The translations under genes and the position numbers were made by a program. From IMG/VR virus record IMGVR_UViG_3300021066_000001: a DNA stretch of 64,000 bases, one strand, 5' to 3'. The notes under the pieces were generated by a model. It was not told the DNA's origin and made no database searches. It saw nothing but the letters and a program-made list of their open reading frames with translations. Shown in pieces: positions 28,035 to 37,581 of the stretch. Each line of letters begins with the position of its first letter. The stretch's first letter is position 1. The DNA comes from a virus (lineage: Duplodnaviria > Heunggongvirae > Uroviricota > Caudoviricetes).

Positions 28035-28299
28035 AGCTTCGGTCCCCGTAAGCGGGATTCTGTTTTATTCCGTCATTCGACTGGCGGTTACGGCCGCCCG
28101 ACGCTCTCGCGATCGTGCCCCAACCCGGAGACTCGTCGAGTAGAGTCATCATCTCCTGTTTAGGTTGCTGCGGGCCAAGTTACGGTTGCCGACCGTGAGG
28201 CCGGTTTACGGCTTTCGCCTGCCCTAGAGCTTGGACACCCACTCTGTGCAGTCCCGACTTTCCTCACCCTTGCGGGCGCGACGGATCGAGACCGAAGCT
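28035..28299 (-). ncRNA. rnpB: RNase P RNA (compact, reduced S-domain)
   Basis: CR-I GAGGAAAGUC, CR-V ACAGAAUCCCGCUUA, P4 AG(U)CGGGA/UCCCGCU with compensatory changes, P1, P3, P5 CUGC/GCAG-CAA, GAAUGAC; promoter -10 TACAAT just upstream. Confidence 0.88.
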
Positions 28300-28334
28300 A
28301 GTGCATTGTAACATGAGAAGGTGTACTTGTATAC

Positions 28335-28784
28335 CTAGAGCTGGTTCCAAACCGCTTCCCAGATCTTTCCCTGTCTCCTCGACAAGAGCATGTGAGCTTG
28401 ATCGAGGCGAATGTAGGTGAAGGCATCTACCTCGGGGTAGAAGATCATGTTCGAGATGAACATCGACTCACACTTCAAGCGCGCGAGAGGGACCTCGTCA
28501 GCGAGGTGAACCGAAAAGAGATGATAGTCCTTGTGGGGCTGGTACTTGAAGCGACCGTGATCTCGCAGCTTGCCTGCACGCTCTCTTAAGTCTAGACCAG
28601 TTTCTTCGAAGCACTCTCGAGCGGCGGCCTCAGCTTCGGTCTCGCTCGGCTCCTTGATTCCCTTCGGAAGGGTCCAGCCGTTGACGTAGTTGGCGCCTGT
28701 CGGGTGAGCGAGGAGAACCCGGCGCCCGGGAACGATCACCGCGAGCGCACAGGTTACGGGATTTTCAACTTGCTCTCTAGCCAT
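28335..28784 (-). CDS. NUDIX hydrolase
   Basis: Nudix box LPKGIKEPSETEAEAAARECFEETGL. Confidence 0.9.
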   Translation of the reverse strand: MAREQVENPVTCALAVIVPGRRVLLAHPTGANYVNGWTLPKGIKEPSETEAEAAARECFEETGLDLRERAGKLRDHGRFKYQPHKDYHLFSVHLADEVPLARLKCESMFISNMIFYPEVDAFTYIRLDQAHMLLSRRQGKIWEAVWNQL

Positions 28785-28822
28785 CGTGACTATCTTATCA
28801 CTTCAACGGCTCTAGAGAAAAT

Positions 28823-29146
28823 TTAGTTGCGAGCGATCGGTTGAAACTTGAATCCCTTGAACTCTGGGCCAGCGCGAAACCAGTCGCTCGCCATCTTGAA
28901 CGTGCCGTCGCGGAGAAGCACTACGCGAGCCCACTCGGTGATGTAGAACTTGCCATGCCAGCCGTAGTCGTTGACGTACTTGCGCTGGATGTACCGGCTT
29001 TGGGGATCGTCGATCTCGCCGTTCTCATTGACGAGCATGAAGAGCTGTGTCTCGCGCATGATCGCTCGAATGCCCCGGTTTAGCACCCACTTGAACGCGA
29101 GGTAGAGACAACTGAGCACGAAGAGCAACTTGAGGATCGAAATCAT
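28823..29146 (-). CDS. hypothetical membrane-anchored protein
   Basis: N-terminal hydrophobic segment. Confidence 0.55.
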   Translation of the reverse strand: MISILKLLFVLSCLYLAFKWVLNRGIRAIMRETQLFMLVNENGEIDDPQSRYIQRKYVNDYGWHGKFYITEWARVVLLRDGTFKMASDWFRAGPEFKGFKFQPIARN

Positions 29147-29394
29147 TGCTCGTTCTTGAGCGAGATGGTAACCTCGCCATCGTAATCGGTTAGCTCACCA
29201 GCGACTTCCCAGTCGTCGAAGCGCTTCCCGAGCGGCACTGTCGACTTCGATCCGGGCAGCTTGCCGACCAAAATTTCAGTCGACAGCAAGCCACGGTTTT
29301 CGATAACCAGAACGACCTCGCCGTGCTTGTTGACCTGGAGGCGCGGATAGCGCCCGTGTTGGGTGTTCAGCGGAACATGGATAGCGGCTTTCAC
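29143..29394 (-). CDS. hypothetical protein
   Basis: GTGA overlap start. Confidence 0.5.
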   Translation of the reverse strand: MKAAIHVPLNTQHGRYPRLQVNKHGEVVLVIENRGLLSTEILVGKLPGSKSTVPLGKRFDDWEVAGELTDYDGEVTISLKNEQ

Positions 29395-29939
29395 TTGGCG
29401 GTCTCCGGGATGAGGCTGGTTGAGTGGGTGCACTTCGGGTCGCGGAAGTAACCGAGACAACCGAAGAAGTAGCTCGCGGTGGTGCCGGCCTTCTTCGCCT
29501 TCTTGACCACCATCAACCTGTTGCACTTCGGGCAGCGGTGGTTCTTGTTGAGGACGTAGCCGTACACGTCACGAGCTCGTTGCCGAAGGTTCTCGAGCGC
29601 GCTCTTGGTGCGGAGAACCTTCTTCTCGACGGAGAGGATCCACTCTCCCTGCTCGAGGTCAACGAGGCAAACGCGGATAGCGTCTGCTCCGTTGTTGCGG
29701 CAAATTCCGTCCGGCTCCAAGGTAGAGTAGACACGAACGGCGTAGTGAGTCGGTACGTCCTTGACGGTGACGCGGCGTTGCCAGACGAGCTCGCGAGTCT
29801 TAGCGACCTGGACGCGCTCGAACCCCATCTCGTCCTCGAGAAGCTTGCGCACCTCGGCGAAAACGAGCGGAACGAAGCGGGCGCCTGCGGCGGGGTTGCT
29901 CCTGCCCTCGTATGGATCCCAGTTGGCGGTATCGGTCAT
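29391..29939 (-). CDS. protein with C-terminal topoisomerase-I-type C4 zinc ribbon
   Basis: CPKCNRLMVVK...FFGCLGYFRDPKC. Confidence 0.6.
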   Translation of the reverse strand: MTDTANWDPYEGRSNPAAGARFVPLVFAEVRKLLEDEMGFERVQVAKTRELVWQRRVTVKDVPTHYAVRVYSTLEPDGICRNNGADAIRVCLVDLEQGEWILSVEKKVLRTKSALENLRQRARDVYGYVLNKNHRCPKCNRLMVVKKAKKAGTTASYFFGCLGYFRDPKCTHSTSLIPETAK

Positions 29940-30130
29940 GCTTCGATCGCGACGACGGTGGTGCGGGGGAGCCACTGGTCTGTGCCGTCTGTGAAGACGA
30001 CGTGAGTGACGTCCATCTCGACTTGCTCCGCGGTGAGGACGGTGCGTGTCGCGTCGGCTTGAAGCTCGGGGTCGCCGACTAGCATGACGTCGCCGCACTT
30101 CAGCTCTCCTGCTTGAATCGCCTTGGCCAT
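29936..30130 (-). CDS. hypothetical protein
   Basis: first gene after a TGTGATATAAT promoter. Confidence 0.55.
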   Translation of the reverse strand: MAKAIQAGELKCGDVMLVGDPELQADATRTVLTAEQVEMDVTHVVFTDGTDQWLPRTTVVAIEA

Positions 30131-30375
30131 CCACGCCTCCGTGAGTGGTACAAGAGAATTATATCACAAATTCTCTCAAAATTTCTTCTTTTTGTGTGAA
30201 TTCTCGCGAATTCATCAAGTTTTTCGTTGGGAGATGTTAAAGGTGACGGCACGCTTGTTAGTGAACTTCAGCGTCACGTCGGTAATGGTATCGCCTTCGC
30301 GCCTGAGCGTGACGTCCTGCACGGTCTGGCCTTTCAGCTGCTGGAAGAACTCCCAAGTGACCATCGACTTTTCGC

Positions 30376-30864
30376 TCAGGGTCTCCACGGGTCCCTCGGC
30401 TCGTAGCAAGGCATGTTCATCGCGTCATCCGGGTGAAACTTAATGCTGAAGGGCCCCTGCCCGTCAAAGGTCACCGGGTAAGGGTGAGCAAGCGGCGTGC
30501 TCGTGCACAGCGCTGGGATGAATCCAGAGGTGACCCTGACATCCCTGAAACCTGCTGGCTTGCCGTCCTTCACCAGCGGAACGCGCACGATTCCGACAGG
30601 ATCAAACTTGATTCGCTTGAGATGCTTGCAAGTGTTGCAGTTCCGGTCCATCTCGTTGAAGGCCCGGTGAGAGTTGCGCCGAGCTTCATGCGAATCTGGG
30701 GCCGAGACATAGACCCCGTGAATTCCTGGGTAAAACGATCCCAAGAGGATCGCCTCATCCGCCCAAACGAGCTTTTTGGTCCAGTGACACACGTAGACCT
30801 CTGTACCGTAATCATCAACACAGATCGGACGGTTGAAGATCTTGGTGTCGCCTCTGTGGCTCAC
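30376..30864 (-). CDS. Cys-containing hypothetical protein
   Basis: CNTCKH and other Cys motifs. Confidence 0.55.
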   Translation of the reverse strand: MSHRGDTKIFNRPICVDDYGTEVYVCHWTKKLVWADEAILLGSFYPGIHGVYVSAPDSHEARRNSHRAFNEMDRNCNTCKHLKRIKFDPVGIVRVPLVKDGKPAGFRDVRVTSGFIPALCTSTPLAHPYPVTFDGQGPFSIKFHPDDAMNMPCYEPRDPWRP

Positions 30865-31015
30865 TTGCGCTCCACGAACTTGACGTCATCCTCGGGGTTG
30901 CGCTTCTTGATCTCGAGCTTCTTCGCTTCAGCCTGGTCCTCGGTGAGCGCGTACTCACCCACCTTTATCCAGCCGAGTGATTCGGTCCAGAGGTGGTGCT
31001 CGAGATAAACCTCTC

Positions 31016-31396
31016 TCACTTGAACCTCCCACCTGAAGTTTTGCGAGGATCGTAATCTGCTGGGCGGACCTCGCAAAATCGCATCTCGGCGTCTGGAAAG
31101 TGCTGGCGCACGAGCTTTTCGACATCATCCTCGCTCTCGGCGTCGATCACCGCGCACATCGAGCAGTCGTCTCGCGAGTGCTTGTTCAGGTACGCGTCGT
31201 ACTTACGCTGATTCGTGATCTTGCTCGCTTCCTCGAGCTGAGCCTTGTTAAGCCCGTCGCCCTGGCGGAAGCGCTGCCCGGTGACCCAGGTCTCGAAGGG
31301 TGGCTTCGTGCATCCCTCGTCAGCGTAATTACCAGACCACCAGCTTGCCCAGAATCTCATCGCTGGTTCTCTAGCTGCTTGCATCGGTCGCACCAC
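31016..31396 (-). CDS. hypothetical protein
   Basis: ORF; start uncertain. Confidence 0.55.
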   Translation of the reverse strand: MVRPMQAAREPAMRFWASWWSGNYADEGCTKPPFETWVTGQRFRQGDGLNKAQLEEASKITNQRKYDAYLNKHSRDDCSMCAVIDAESEDDVEKLVRQHFPDAEMRFCEVRPADYDPRKTSGGRFK

Positions 31397-31614
31397 TTCT
31401 CACCGAGGTGAGTACGGGTGCCCCACGCACGAACTGGCACGCTGGTGTTCATCACGCGCTTGCCACAGAGCGAGAGGTACTTGCTCTGCTCCGCGAGGTG
31501 ATAGCGGTAGTAGCCCTCGACCCCCTCCTTGACGACGAGGGCTGGCTTCGGGTCCTCGCGGTAGAGATCCAGTGGGTTGCCGGTGCGCATGAAGCGCTTG
31601 AAGTTAGGTCTCAT
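31357..31614 (-). CDS. hypothetical zinc-binding protein
   Basis: H...LCG...WCDRC. Confidence 0.5.
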   Translation of the reverse strand: MRPNFKRFMRTGNPLDLYREDPKPALVVKEGVEGYYRYHLAEQSKYLSLCGKRVMNTSVPVRAWGTRTHLGEKWCDRCKQLENQR

Positions 31615-31822
31615 TGTCGGTCATCCCTAAAACCACGGCGACGTCGGCGTTGTAAGCGACCCACGAGGCGGACAGAAAGGCGATCGCGAGAGCCGCCAGA
31701 AACCCGTCCATTTGGCCTGTGAACACTAAAGTCATCGATCCCAGGGCGAGCAGCACAGCGTTCGTTCCCATCGCCTCGCGGTTGAACTTTCGCATGATTT
31801 CAAGTCTTTCGTAGTCTAGCAC
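31604..31822 (-). CDS. small membrane protein
   Basis: two hydrophobic segments. Confidence 0.5.
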   Translation of the reverse strand: MLDYERLEIMRKFNREAMGTNAVLLALGSMTLVFTGQMDGFLAALAIAFLSASWVAYNADVAVVLGMTDNET

Positions 31823-33321
31823 AGAACGAGCTCCTTTTTAGCGCGGGTCGCTGCGACGTACATCAGGTTGGTCTCTTGCTGCATCTCCCAGTCCTGCTTG
31901 GCGAACGGGGAGGGCGGCATCTGGAGCCAGCACACCTTGTTCCACTCACGGCCCTTGGCCTTGTGGATCGTCGAGAACGTCACGACCTTCCCGCCGTGGA
32001 CGTTATCGGCGAAGATCGCGTCGATCTCGGCGTTGACGTCCTCGACCGGGGTGGACGTGCTCGGCTTCTTGGCCATGGCCCGACCGATGATCACCTTCAG
32101 GCACTCGACGCGGTCGAGGACACCCTCGAGCTTGGTCAGCTGGTCGCGCTCGGTCAGCTTCTTGGTCTCGCGCTCGACGAAGGCGTCGAGGCGGGAGAGG
32201 AGCGCGTCGTACGACTTGACCTTCCAGCGCCCGGCCAGTTGCTTGAGGCCGTTGCCGATCTCACGGCCCTCCACCTTGGCCGGGACGCCGGCGGCGATGA
32301 AGGCGTAGACGTTCTCGATGAGCGGCTTGTTGAAGCGGCAGAGGACGACGTCGCCCGGTTTGGCCTCGGTGATGAGGTCGGTCTTGAGCTCACGAACCAC
32401 ACCCATCGGAGCGGTCGGAGCGGCTTGGATGTGCGACACGTACCGCTGGGCAACCTTGACGACCTCTTGCGGGCAGCGGAAGGTCACGGTGAGGGGCATG
32501 CGCTGGGCGTTGACGGCGGCGCCGATCAGGTCGAGCGCGTCGTGGTCAGCGCCGGTGAAGCCGTAGATCGCCTGGTGACGATCACCGACGGCGACGAGGC
32601 GGCCGTTCGGCTTGAGCATGGCGAGCGCGAGGAGACGACGAGCCGCGTTGGTGTCTTGCGCCTCGTCGATGAGCACCCAGTCGTGCTTCCACATCTTGAC
32701 GCGGTGCACCAGCGGCGCGTACACCATGTCGTCGTAGTCGAGCGACTCGGCGCAGGCGGCGTTCGAGGCGACCAGGAGGCGCTGAGCGAGCTTGATGATC
32801 GTGTCGAGGTGCTCGTTGCTCTCGCCGCACTCGACGTCGAAGTGCTCGGCGAGACGAACCCACGCGGAGGTGTTCTCGATCGCTGGCTGCCCGGTGACAC
32901 CGAAGGCGGCTTGCTTGGCGTAGGACACGAGGGAGAGAACTTGACCCTCGAACTGGCGTCGCGGGTCGCCCTCGGGGATGCGGCGGAAGATCTTGGTGCA
33001 CTTGGAGTTGTCGACCTCGGTCTTATTCCACTTGCTGCGGCAGCCCTTCAGGCCGGCGGCGTGCATGGTGCTGATGAAGAGGCCAGGGCGCATGATCGAG
33101 GCGGCCTTGGCCTTGATCTCGACCGCGATGCCCTTGTTGTAAGCGCCGAAGAAGATGGTACCGACCATCATCGCGAGCGCCTTGAGGAGGGTGGAGGTCT
33201 TGCCGGCGCCGGCGACCGCTTCGAGGATGCAGGAGCCGAAGCCGTCTCTGACCCAGGCGAAGAACGCAGCTTGTTGTTCGGAATCTTCGAAAGCTTGCTG
33301 AACCGCCTGGGCTACCGTCAT
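31816..33321 (-). CDS. UvrD/Rep-like SF1 helicase
   Basis: AVAGAGKT, LIDEAQD, AVGDRHQAIYGF, TFRCP, STIHKAKGRE, YVAATRAK. Confidence 0.9.
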   Translation of the reverse strand: MTVAQAVQQAFEDSEQQAAFFAWVRDGFGSCILEAVAGAGKTSTLLKALAMMVGTIFFGAYNKGIAVEIKAKAASIMRPGLFISTMHAAGLKGCRSKWNKTEVDNSKCTKIFRRIPEGDPRRQFEGQVLSLVSYAKQAAFGVTGQPAIENTSAWVRLAEHFDVECGESNEHLDTIIKLAQRLLVASNAACAESLDYDDMVYAPLVHRVKMWKHDWVLIDEAQDTNAARRLLALAMLKPNGRLVAVGDRHQAIYGFTGADHDALDLIGAAVNAQRMPLTVTFRCPQEVVKVAQRYVSHIQAAPTAPMGVVRELKTDLITEAKPGDVVLCRFNKPLIENVYAFIAAGVPAKVEGREIGNGLKQLAGRWKVKSYDALLSRLDAFVERETKKLTERDQLTKLEGVLDRVECLKVIIGRAMAKKPSTSTPVEDVNAEIDAIFADNVHGGKVVTFSTIHKAKGREWNKVCWLQMPPSPFAKQDWEMQQETNLMYVAATRAKKELVLC

Positions 33322-33365
33322 ATTCCTAGAGCTCCGGAACGTTTATGATAGGAGAATTGTATCAA

Positions 33366-33389
33366 AATGCTGACAAAAAGTAAACAAGC
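33366..33389 (-). promoter_or_regulatory. sigma70-like early promoter TTTACT-N17-TACAAT, representative of a family (also near 1540, 5790, 30160, 44236, 44665, 45405, 49950, 53175, 56790, 59276, 60265, 62660)
   Basis: recurring TTTAC(T/C/A), 17-nt spacer, TGn extension and TAnnnT; coordinates approximate. Confidence 0.7.
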
Positions 33390-33403
33390 ATGTTGCATAA
33401 ATG

Positions 33404-33432
33404 AAGAAGGCTCTCAATAAAGAGAGCCTTCT
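33404..33432. terminator. intrinsic terminator-like hairpin
   Basis: AGAAGGCTCTC-loop-GAGAGCCTTCT. Confidence 0.7.
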
Positions 33433-33446
33433 CGTAAATTTAGCGA

Positions 33447-33650
33447 TTATCGCGGCTTGGTGACTGGTTCTACGGTGGTCTTGTATTTGACGTCCCTGCC
33501 GTGAAACTCGTTCATCTTGTCAACGTGGGCTTGCGCCTCCGCCACGCTGCTAAAGACCCCGTCGACGCTCAAGATCTTGTGTGTCTCAACGTTTACGGTT
33601 ACCGTCACGTACTTTGTAGCAGCTTCTGTGAGCATGGCCTTGAACCTCAT
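33447..33650 (-). CDS. small protein with CTS-like N-terminus (MRFKAMLTE)
   Basis: late operon from TAAATA at 34491. Confidence 0.6.
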   Translation of the reverse strand: MRFKAMLTEAATKYVTVTVNVETHKILSVDGVFSSVAEAQAHVDKMNEFHGRDVKYKTTVEPVTKPR

Positions 33651-33868
33651 ACGAAGAGCATGTACTTCTTGACGAAGTACTTCGCCACCTCGGCTGGATC
33701 GCCGCCGTTGTCCTTGGTGAGCTTCGCGAGCTCCCTCGCGAGCGCTTCGATCTTTCCGTCTAGCTTGTCAAAGCCGTGCTGGATCTGGCTATCGGTCGCC
33801 ACGCTCGGGGTCTCGTTGAGATAGCTCTTGAGGGAGGGTTTCACTCTGGATCCGTTTGAAAGTCGCAA
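33647..33868 (-). CDS. small hypothetical protein
   Basis: late operon; start uncertain. Confidence 0.5.
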   Translation of the reverse strand: MRLSNGSRVKPSLKSYLNETPSVATDSQIQHGFDKLDGKIEALARELAKLTKDNGGDPAEVAKYFVKKYMLFV

Positions 33869-34485
33869 TCAGAGCACTGGAGCCAATCGGCGTCTGGCAT
33901 GCTCGAGTCTCGTACTCGACCTGCCTCTAGAACGCCCTTCTTGCAGCTCGGACAAGTGTCATCTTCCTTGAGGTTGCCGCGCGGATTCAGCGCTTCTCTC
34001 ACCGCCTTGTTGCGCACCTTCTTCTTCGCTAGCTCCTCCATCGCGGTCTCGTACGTGCGCACGAGCGACTTAACCGCGTTGCCCGGCACGACGCGAGTCT
34101 TCGGCGACTTCATCGGGCCGCGACCCTTGAGAACGCCCTTGGTCTCATCCTCTTGCCTGATCAGGCCGTTCGCCATGATCTGATACCAACGTTCTCCAGT
34201 ACGCTTGCGGTGCCCAGCAGGCACGTCGAGGAAAATTGGAAGCGCGAAGCGAAGCGTGCCGTTCTTTTCGGTGCGCTTGGTGCCGTCATACTTGAAGCCA
34301 GCTTCTATGAGATCCTTGAAGGCCTTGGTCTGCTTGGCCTTTACGATCGCTTGATCGATGTCAGCTTGGGTCACGCCGAGCTGGTCAAGCCAGTCCTTCG
34401 TGTAACCGACCTGGCGCTTGTCCTCGTCATTGTAGTGCGGTGCGTAGTAGCCGCGACGCTCAAGGAGAATTTCGGTGAGTTTCAT
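33841..34485 (-). CDS. protein with CTS-like N-terminus (MKLTEILLE) and C-terminal zinc ribbon
   Basis: late promoter; CPSC...CSDC. Confidence 0.7.
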   Translation of the reverse strand: MKLTEILLERRGYYAPHYNDEDKRQVGYTKDWLDQLGVTQADIDQAIVKAKQTKAFKDLIEAGFKYDGTKRTEKNGTLRFALPIFLDVPAGHRKRTGERWYQIMANGLIRQEDETKGVLKGRGPMKSPKTRVVPGNAVKSLVRTYETAMEELAKKKVRNKAVREALNPRGNLKEDDTCPSCKKGVLEAGRVRDSSMPDADWLQCSDCDFQTDPE

Positions 34486-34594
34486 GCGAGTATTTACTTT
34501 GGACTCTCAGAACGAGACTCCAGAAATGACAAAGGGCCCTAGGCATCTCTGCCTAAGGCCCTCCGATGCTCCTCCTACACGTGGCAGGTGAGAC

Positions 34595-34668
34595 TGGTGC
34601 CTCTGTCTGGAATCGAACCAGAGTTCCCGCTGTGTGGGAGCGGTGGTCTGCCATTGACGTACAGAGGC
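34595..34668 (-). tRNA. tRNA-Val(CAC), C33 variant
   Basis: cloverleaf, loop CC-CAC-AC, CCA. Confidence 0.75.
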
Positions 34669-34677
34669 GGTTACTTC

Positions 34678-35343
34678 TTAGACGTCTAGCTGGAGGAACT
34701 TGTTCTCCGTGAAGTCTAGACAGTCGATGCAATAAGACCCACCCTTGACTGGATCTTCCGCGAAGCGGATGTCACGCCCGCGGGTGTGACCGAACACTTG
34801 AGTCAACCCAGATACTGGTTGAAATTCCCGGCGAAAGTCGCACCAGAACATCCCGCCGACGAATTGTTTTCCGCCACGCACGACACCGATCCAGTGCATA
34901 GGTGACTTAAGATCATGCCACCACATCGTGAGGCGAGCTTGCAAGTCATCGGCTTGATCGAGATATCCAGCTTCCCAGATCTCATTGCTGAGCCCGGCGT
35001 GTGACACCAGAAATCGCGAGTTAAGCAGAATAAACGGCTCGAACTTCTGCATGAGCTTGGCCTCGTACTCCTTCATCATGTCGATCGACGCGTCTGTCTT
35101 CCCTGACGCCGCATGTGTATACGGCATGTAGTACGAGAGCTCGTGGTTACCGAAGATCGCGCGAGCCTTACCCTTCTCGATCGCGGCGAGGATGAGATCG
35201 TAACAGCGGCGATAATCTTCTACTCCTCGATCTCCGTACGAGTCGACGATGTCACCCACGAAGATCACCTGGCCGTCGTTGGCCAGGGCCGCTTCGACGG
35301 CCTCCCACTTTCCGTGGACATCTCCGACAAACGTGTACAGCAC
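34678..35343 (-). CDS. calcineurin-like metallophosphoesterase
   Basis: GDVHG, GDIVD, GNHE, SHAG, GHT; GTG start. Confidence 0.85.
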   Translation of the reverse strand: MLYTFVGDVHGKWEAVEAALANDGQVIFVGDIVDSYGDRGVEDYRRCYDLILAAIEKGKARAIFGNHELSYYMPYTHAASGKTDASIDMMKEYEAKLMQKFEPFILLNSRFLVSHAGLSNEIWEAGYLDQADDLQARLTMWWHDLKSPMHWIGVVRGGKQFVGGMFWCDFRREFQPVSGLTQVFGHTRGRDIRFAEDPVKGGSYCIDCLDFTENKFLQLDV

Positions 35344-35554
35344 GATCTGCTCCCTAGAAAAATGCAAGCTACCTGATACGCCCCAACTGGGTCCGGCGTG
35401 CGGCATCACGCGAGGCTTCAGGAGTAACTCCTTAGCTTGCGCGCGTCAACGTGACGCTCGACGCTAATTCCAGAGACGGCCGAAGCTAGATCAGGTCATC
35501 TAGCTCCGCTTGCGCTCCCGGTTACCCGGGAGGCATCATTCGATTTATGCGATT

Positions 35555-35953
35555 CTATTGGTTCAGGATCGCGTCGTATATTTCGCTGAAGCAACGGCCC
35601 TTGAACTTCCGGACGCCGTCGACACCGTCAACACGCACCAGAAAATTGCTGCCGCGTAGTCCGACGACCACCATCTTGCGGCCGTTGTAGGTGATCTGCT
35701 TGAGGAGGGCCTTGTCACCGCACTTCTTTTTGAGGTGGATGATCGATTCTGGCGCCACGCTCTCGAGCCGGGGATCTGCGACCGCGGATTCAACGATCAC
35801 CGCTAGCGGGCAAGAGAATGCCGACTCGCTGTACTTGATGTTACCGATGTTTGCCTTGATGCCGTACTTCGCCCCGACTGTGGCTAGCGCGGCGTTCATC
35901 TCTTGGCGAAGGAGTTGAAGATTGTGTTTGTCGAACTTGGTGATCTTTTCCAC
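35555..35953 (-). CDS. hypothetical protein
   Basis: GTG start after early promoter. Confidence 0.6.
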   Translation of the reverse strand: MEKITKFDKHNLQLLRQEMNAALATVGAKYGIKANIGNIKYSESAFSCPLAVIVESAVADPRLESVAPESIIHLKKKCGDKALLKQITYNGRKMVVVGLRGSNFLVRVDGVDGVRKFKGRCFSEIYDAILNQ

Positions 35954-36027
35954 GTTTCCCGCCTCCAGGACCGTTGAATATGAGACATTATATCTCAAAA
36001 TCACTCAAAAGAACACACACAATTACG

Positions 36028-36733
36028 TGGTAGGAGAACTCGGATTCGAACCGAGACCTGTCGGATTAACCTGTCGTCAGGCTTTCAACGAGATTCGTGA
36101 CGAACTTTTCGCGATCATCTCCAGAAAGCTGCTGGTACTTAGACCAGCGCACTCGAACAATCTTCCATCCTCGTCCCTCAAGAAAAGCATTTCGGCGCTG
36201 ATCAGAGGAAACAATCCTAGGATCGACGTAGTGTTGTTCTCCGTCAATCTCGAGGTCGATCTTGCGATCAAGGAATGCGAAGTCAAGCGTGTAGGTAGAT
36301 TCCTGAAACTGCTCGACGAACTCTAGACCGTATTTCTTCAGGAGCTCTCCCCAGTATCTCTCCGGGAAAGATCTACCCTTAGATTTATGATTGAGTTTGT
36401 ATGGCACCATCTCAGGATGGTCACGCAGATACCTGATCCGCCCCTCAGAGATCTTCCTGCGCACTCTAGAGACATGCTTCGATTTCTTCGGATCGTGCTC
36501 TCACGAAGCTTCTGCCTAGTCTCTTCCGACATTTTGTAGGTTGGATTGGACCAGGAATTCTTCCCGGGCACTCTATTAGGATTCTGCTTACACGACCGCT
36601 CATGCATGATGAGCGCTTGACGTTGCGATGTGGATCTATTGCAGTGCTGACACATGAGCATGACGTCTATTTTACATAGCGCATCAAGCTCATGAATAAG
36701 TCCGCTGTGCTCAACCGTTAACACCACTCTCCC
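36028..36733 (-). tRNA. split tRNA, probably Lys(UUU): 5' half 36698-36733, 3' half 36028-36069, 628-nt insert
   Basis: halves pair (GGGAGAG/UUCUCCU; CGGA/UCCG); joining CUU+UUAA gives CU-UUU-AA. Confidence 0.75.
36066..36661 (-). pseudogene. Zn-finger/NUMOD3/DUF559(Vsr-like) homing-type endonuclease, frameshifted near 36465
   Basis: CQHC..HERSC, MSEETRQKLRES, LDFAFLDRKIDLEIDGEQHY in two consecutive frames. Confidence 0.7.
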
Positions 36734-36848
36734 GTCGAGGTGTAGCGGGATGTTTTCGGAGGTGCGTCATGTTTGACTCCTAAGTGAGTAGCTGGCGTTC
36801 TAGGTTTAAACTACGTGCCGCGGTAACTCACGCGCGCCCGGCCGGGTC

Positions 36849-37088
36849 TTAACCGGCATCTCCAGCTTGTTCTTGCTTGGCCTTGTTGAGATAGTCGAGG
36901 TGCTTCCTGATGTACCGCATGAAGAGCAGCGCCTTGTCCTCCGCGAGGAAGACGGCGGTGCCGATCTCGTTGGGATCGGTGGGCACGGGAAACTCGAAGC
37001 CGCACTCCGTCTTGTACCAGAGCTGGCCCTCACGGTAAAAGGAGAACCGCACGAGCTTGTTGCCTGAGACCATGTCCTTGAGATTCAT
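36849..37088 (-). CDS. hypothetical protein
   Basis: ATG at 37088, between tRNAs. Confidence 0.65.
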   Translation of the reverse strand: MNLKDMVSGNKLVRFSFYREGQLWYKTECGFEFPVPTDPNEIGTAVFLAEDKALLFMRYIRKHLDYLNKAKQEQAGDAG

Positions 37089-37104
37089 TTGATGACTTTC
37101 TACG

Positions 37105-37178
37105 TGGTGCTCCAGCAGGGAATCGAACCCTGTTCTCATCCTTACCAAGGATGCATCTTACCAATGGACTACAAGAGC
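37105..37178 (-). tRNA. tRNA-Thr(GGT)
   Basis: cloverleaf, CCA. Confidence 0.9.
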
Positions 37179-37189
37179 GTTGTTGAGTT

Positions 37190-37264
37190 TGGTGCCCGAT
37201 GCCGGATTCGAACCGACTTCCGCTTCTTTACAAGAGAAGGCTTCACCGTCAAAGTTTATCGGGC
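37190..37264 (-). tRNA. tRNA-Thr(TGT)
   Basis: cloverleaf, CCA. Confidence 0.9.
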
Positions 37265-37581
37265 GGAGTCTTGACAACCTTTTGCATGAACCGCTGAAAG
37301 GCGCTTGGGTTCTTGACGTAGTCCAAGAGCATCTGGTGCATCGCGGTGTAGAGCGTCATCATCGGGCCGTTCTTGCCGCGGCTCCGCTGGTAGTCGTCGA
37401 TCTCGTCGACGAGCTCAGCGAGTGCCGCCTTCGGGTTGCCGTCATGCTTGTCGAGCAACTTGGCGACGAAGGTGTTGGCCTTGCTGGGATGTAGTGGAGC
37501 ACCGTACGTGTCGCGCTTGCGACGAGCTTGAATGCGACGCTCCTCGTCGTCCTCGTAGGAGAAGATCTCGTTGAGTCTCAC
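37249..37581 (-). CDS. protein with CTS-like N-terminus (MRLNEIF)
   Basis: late operon; 3' end overlaps tRNA-Thr. Confidence 0.6.
   Translation of the reverse strand: MRLNEIFSYEDDEERRIQARRKRDTYGAPLHPSKANTFVAKLLDKHDGNPKAALAELVDEIDDYQRSRGKNGPMMTLYTAMHQMLLDYVKNPSAFQRFMQKVVKTPPDKL

Noticed and set aside
31876-33348. 490-aa plus-strand ORF (also 56962-58671 and similar)
   Set aside because: Shadow frames opposite well-supported genes, expected with high-GC codon bias.
36070-36697. Group I intron in the split tRNA
   Set aside because: The ORF fills all but about 36 nt and no P7/R/S core motifs were found.
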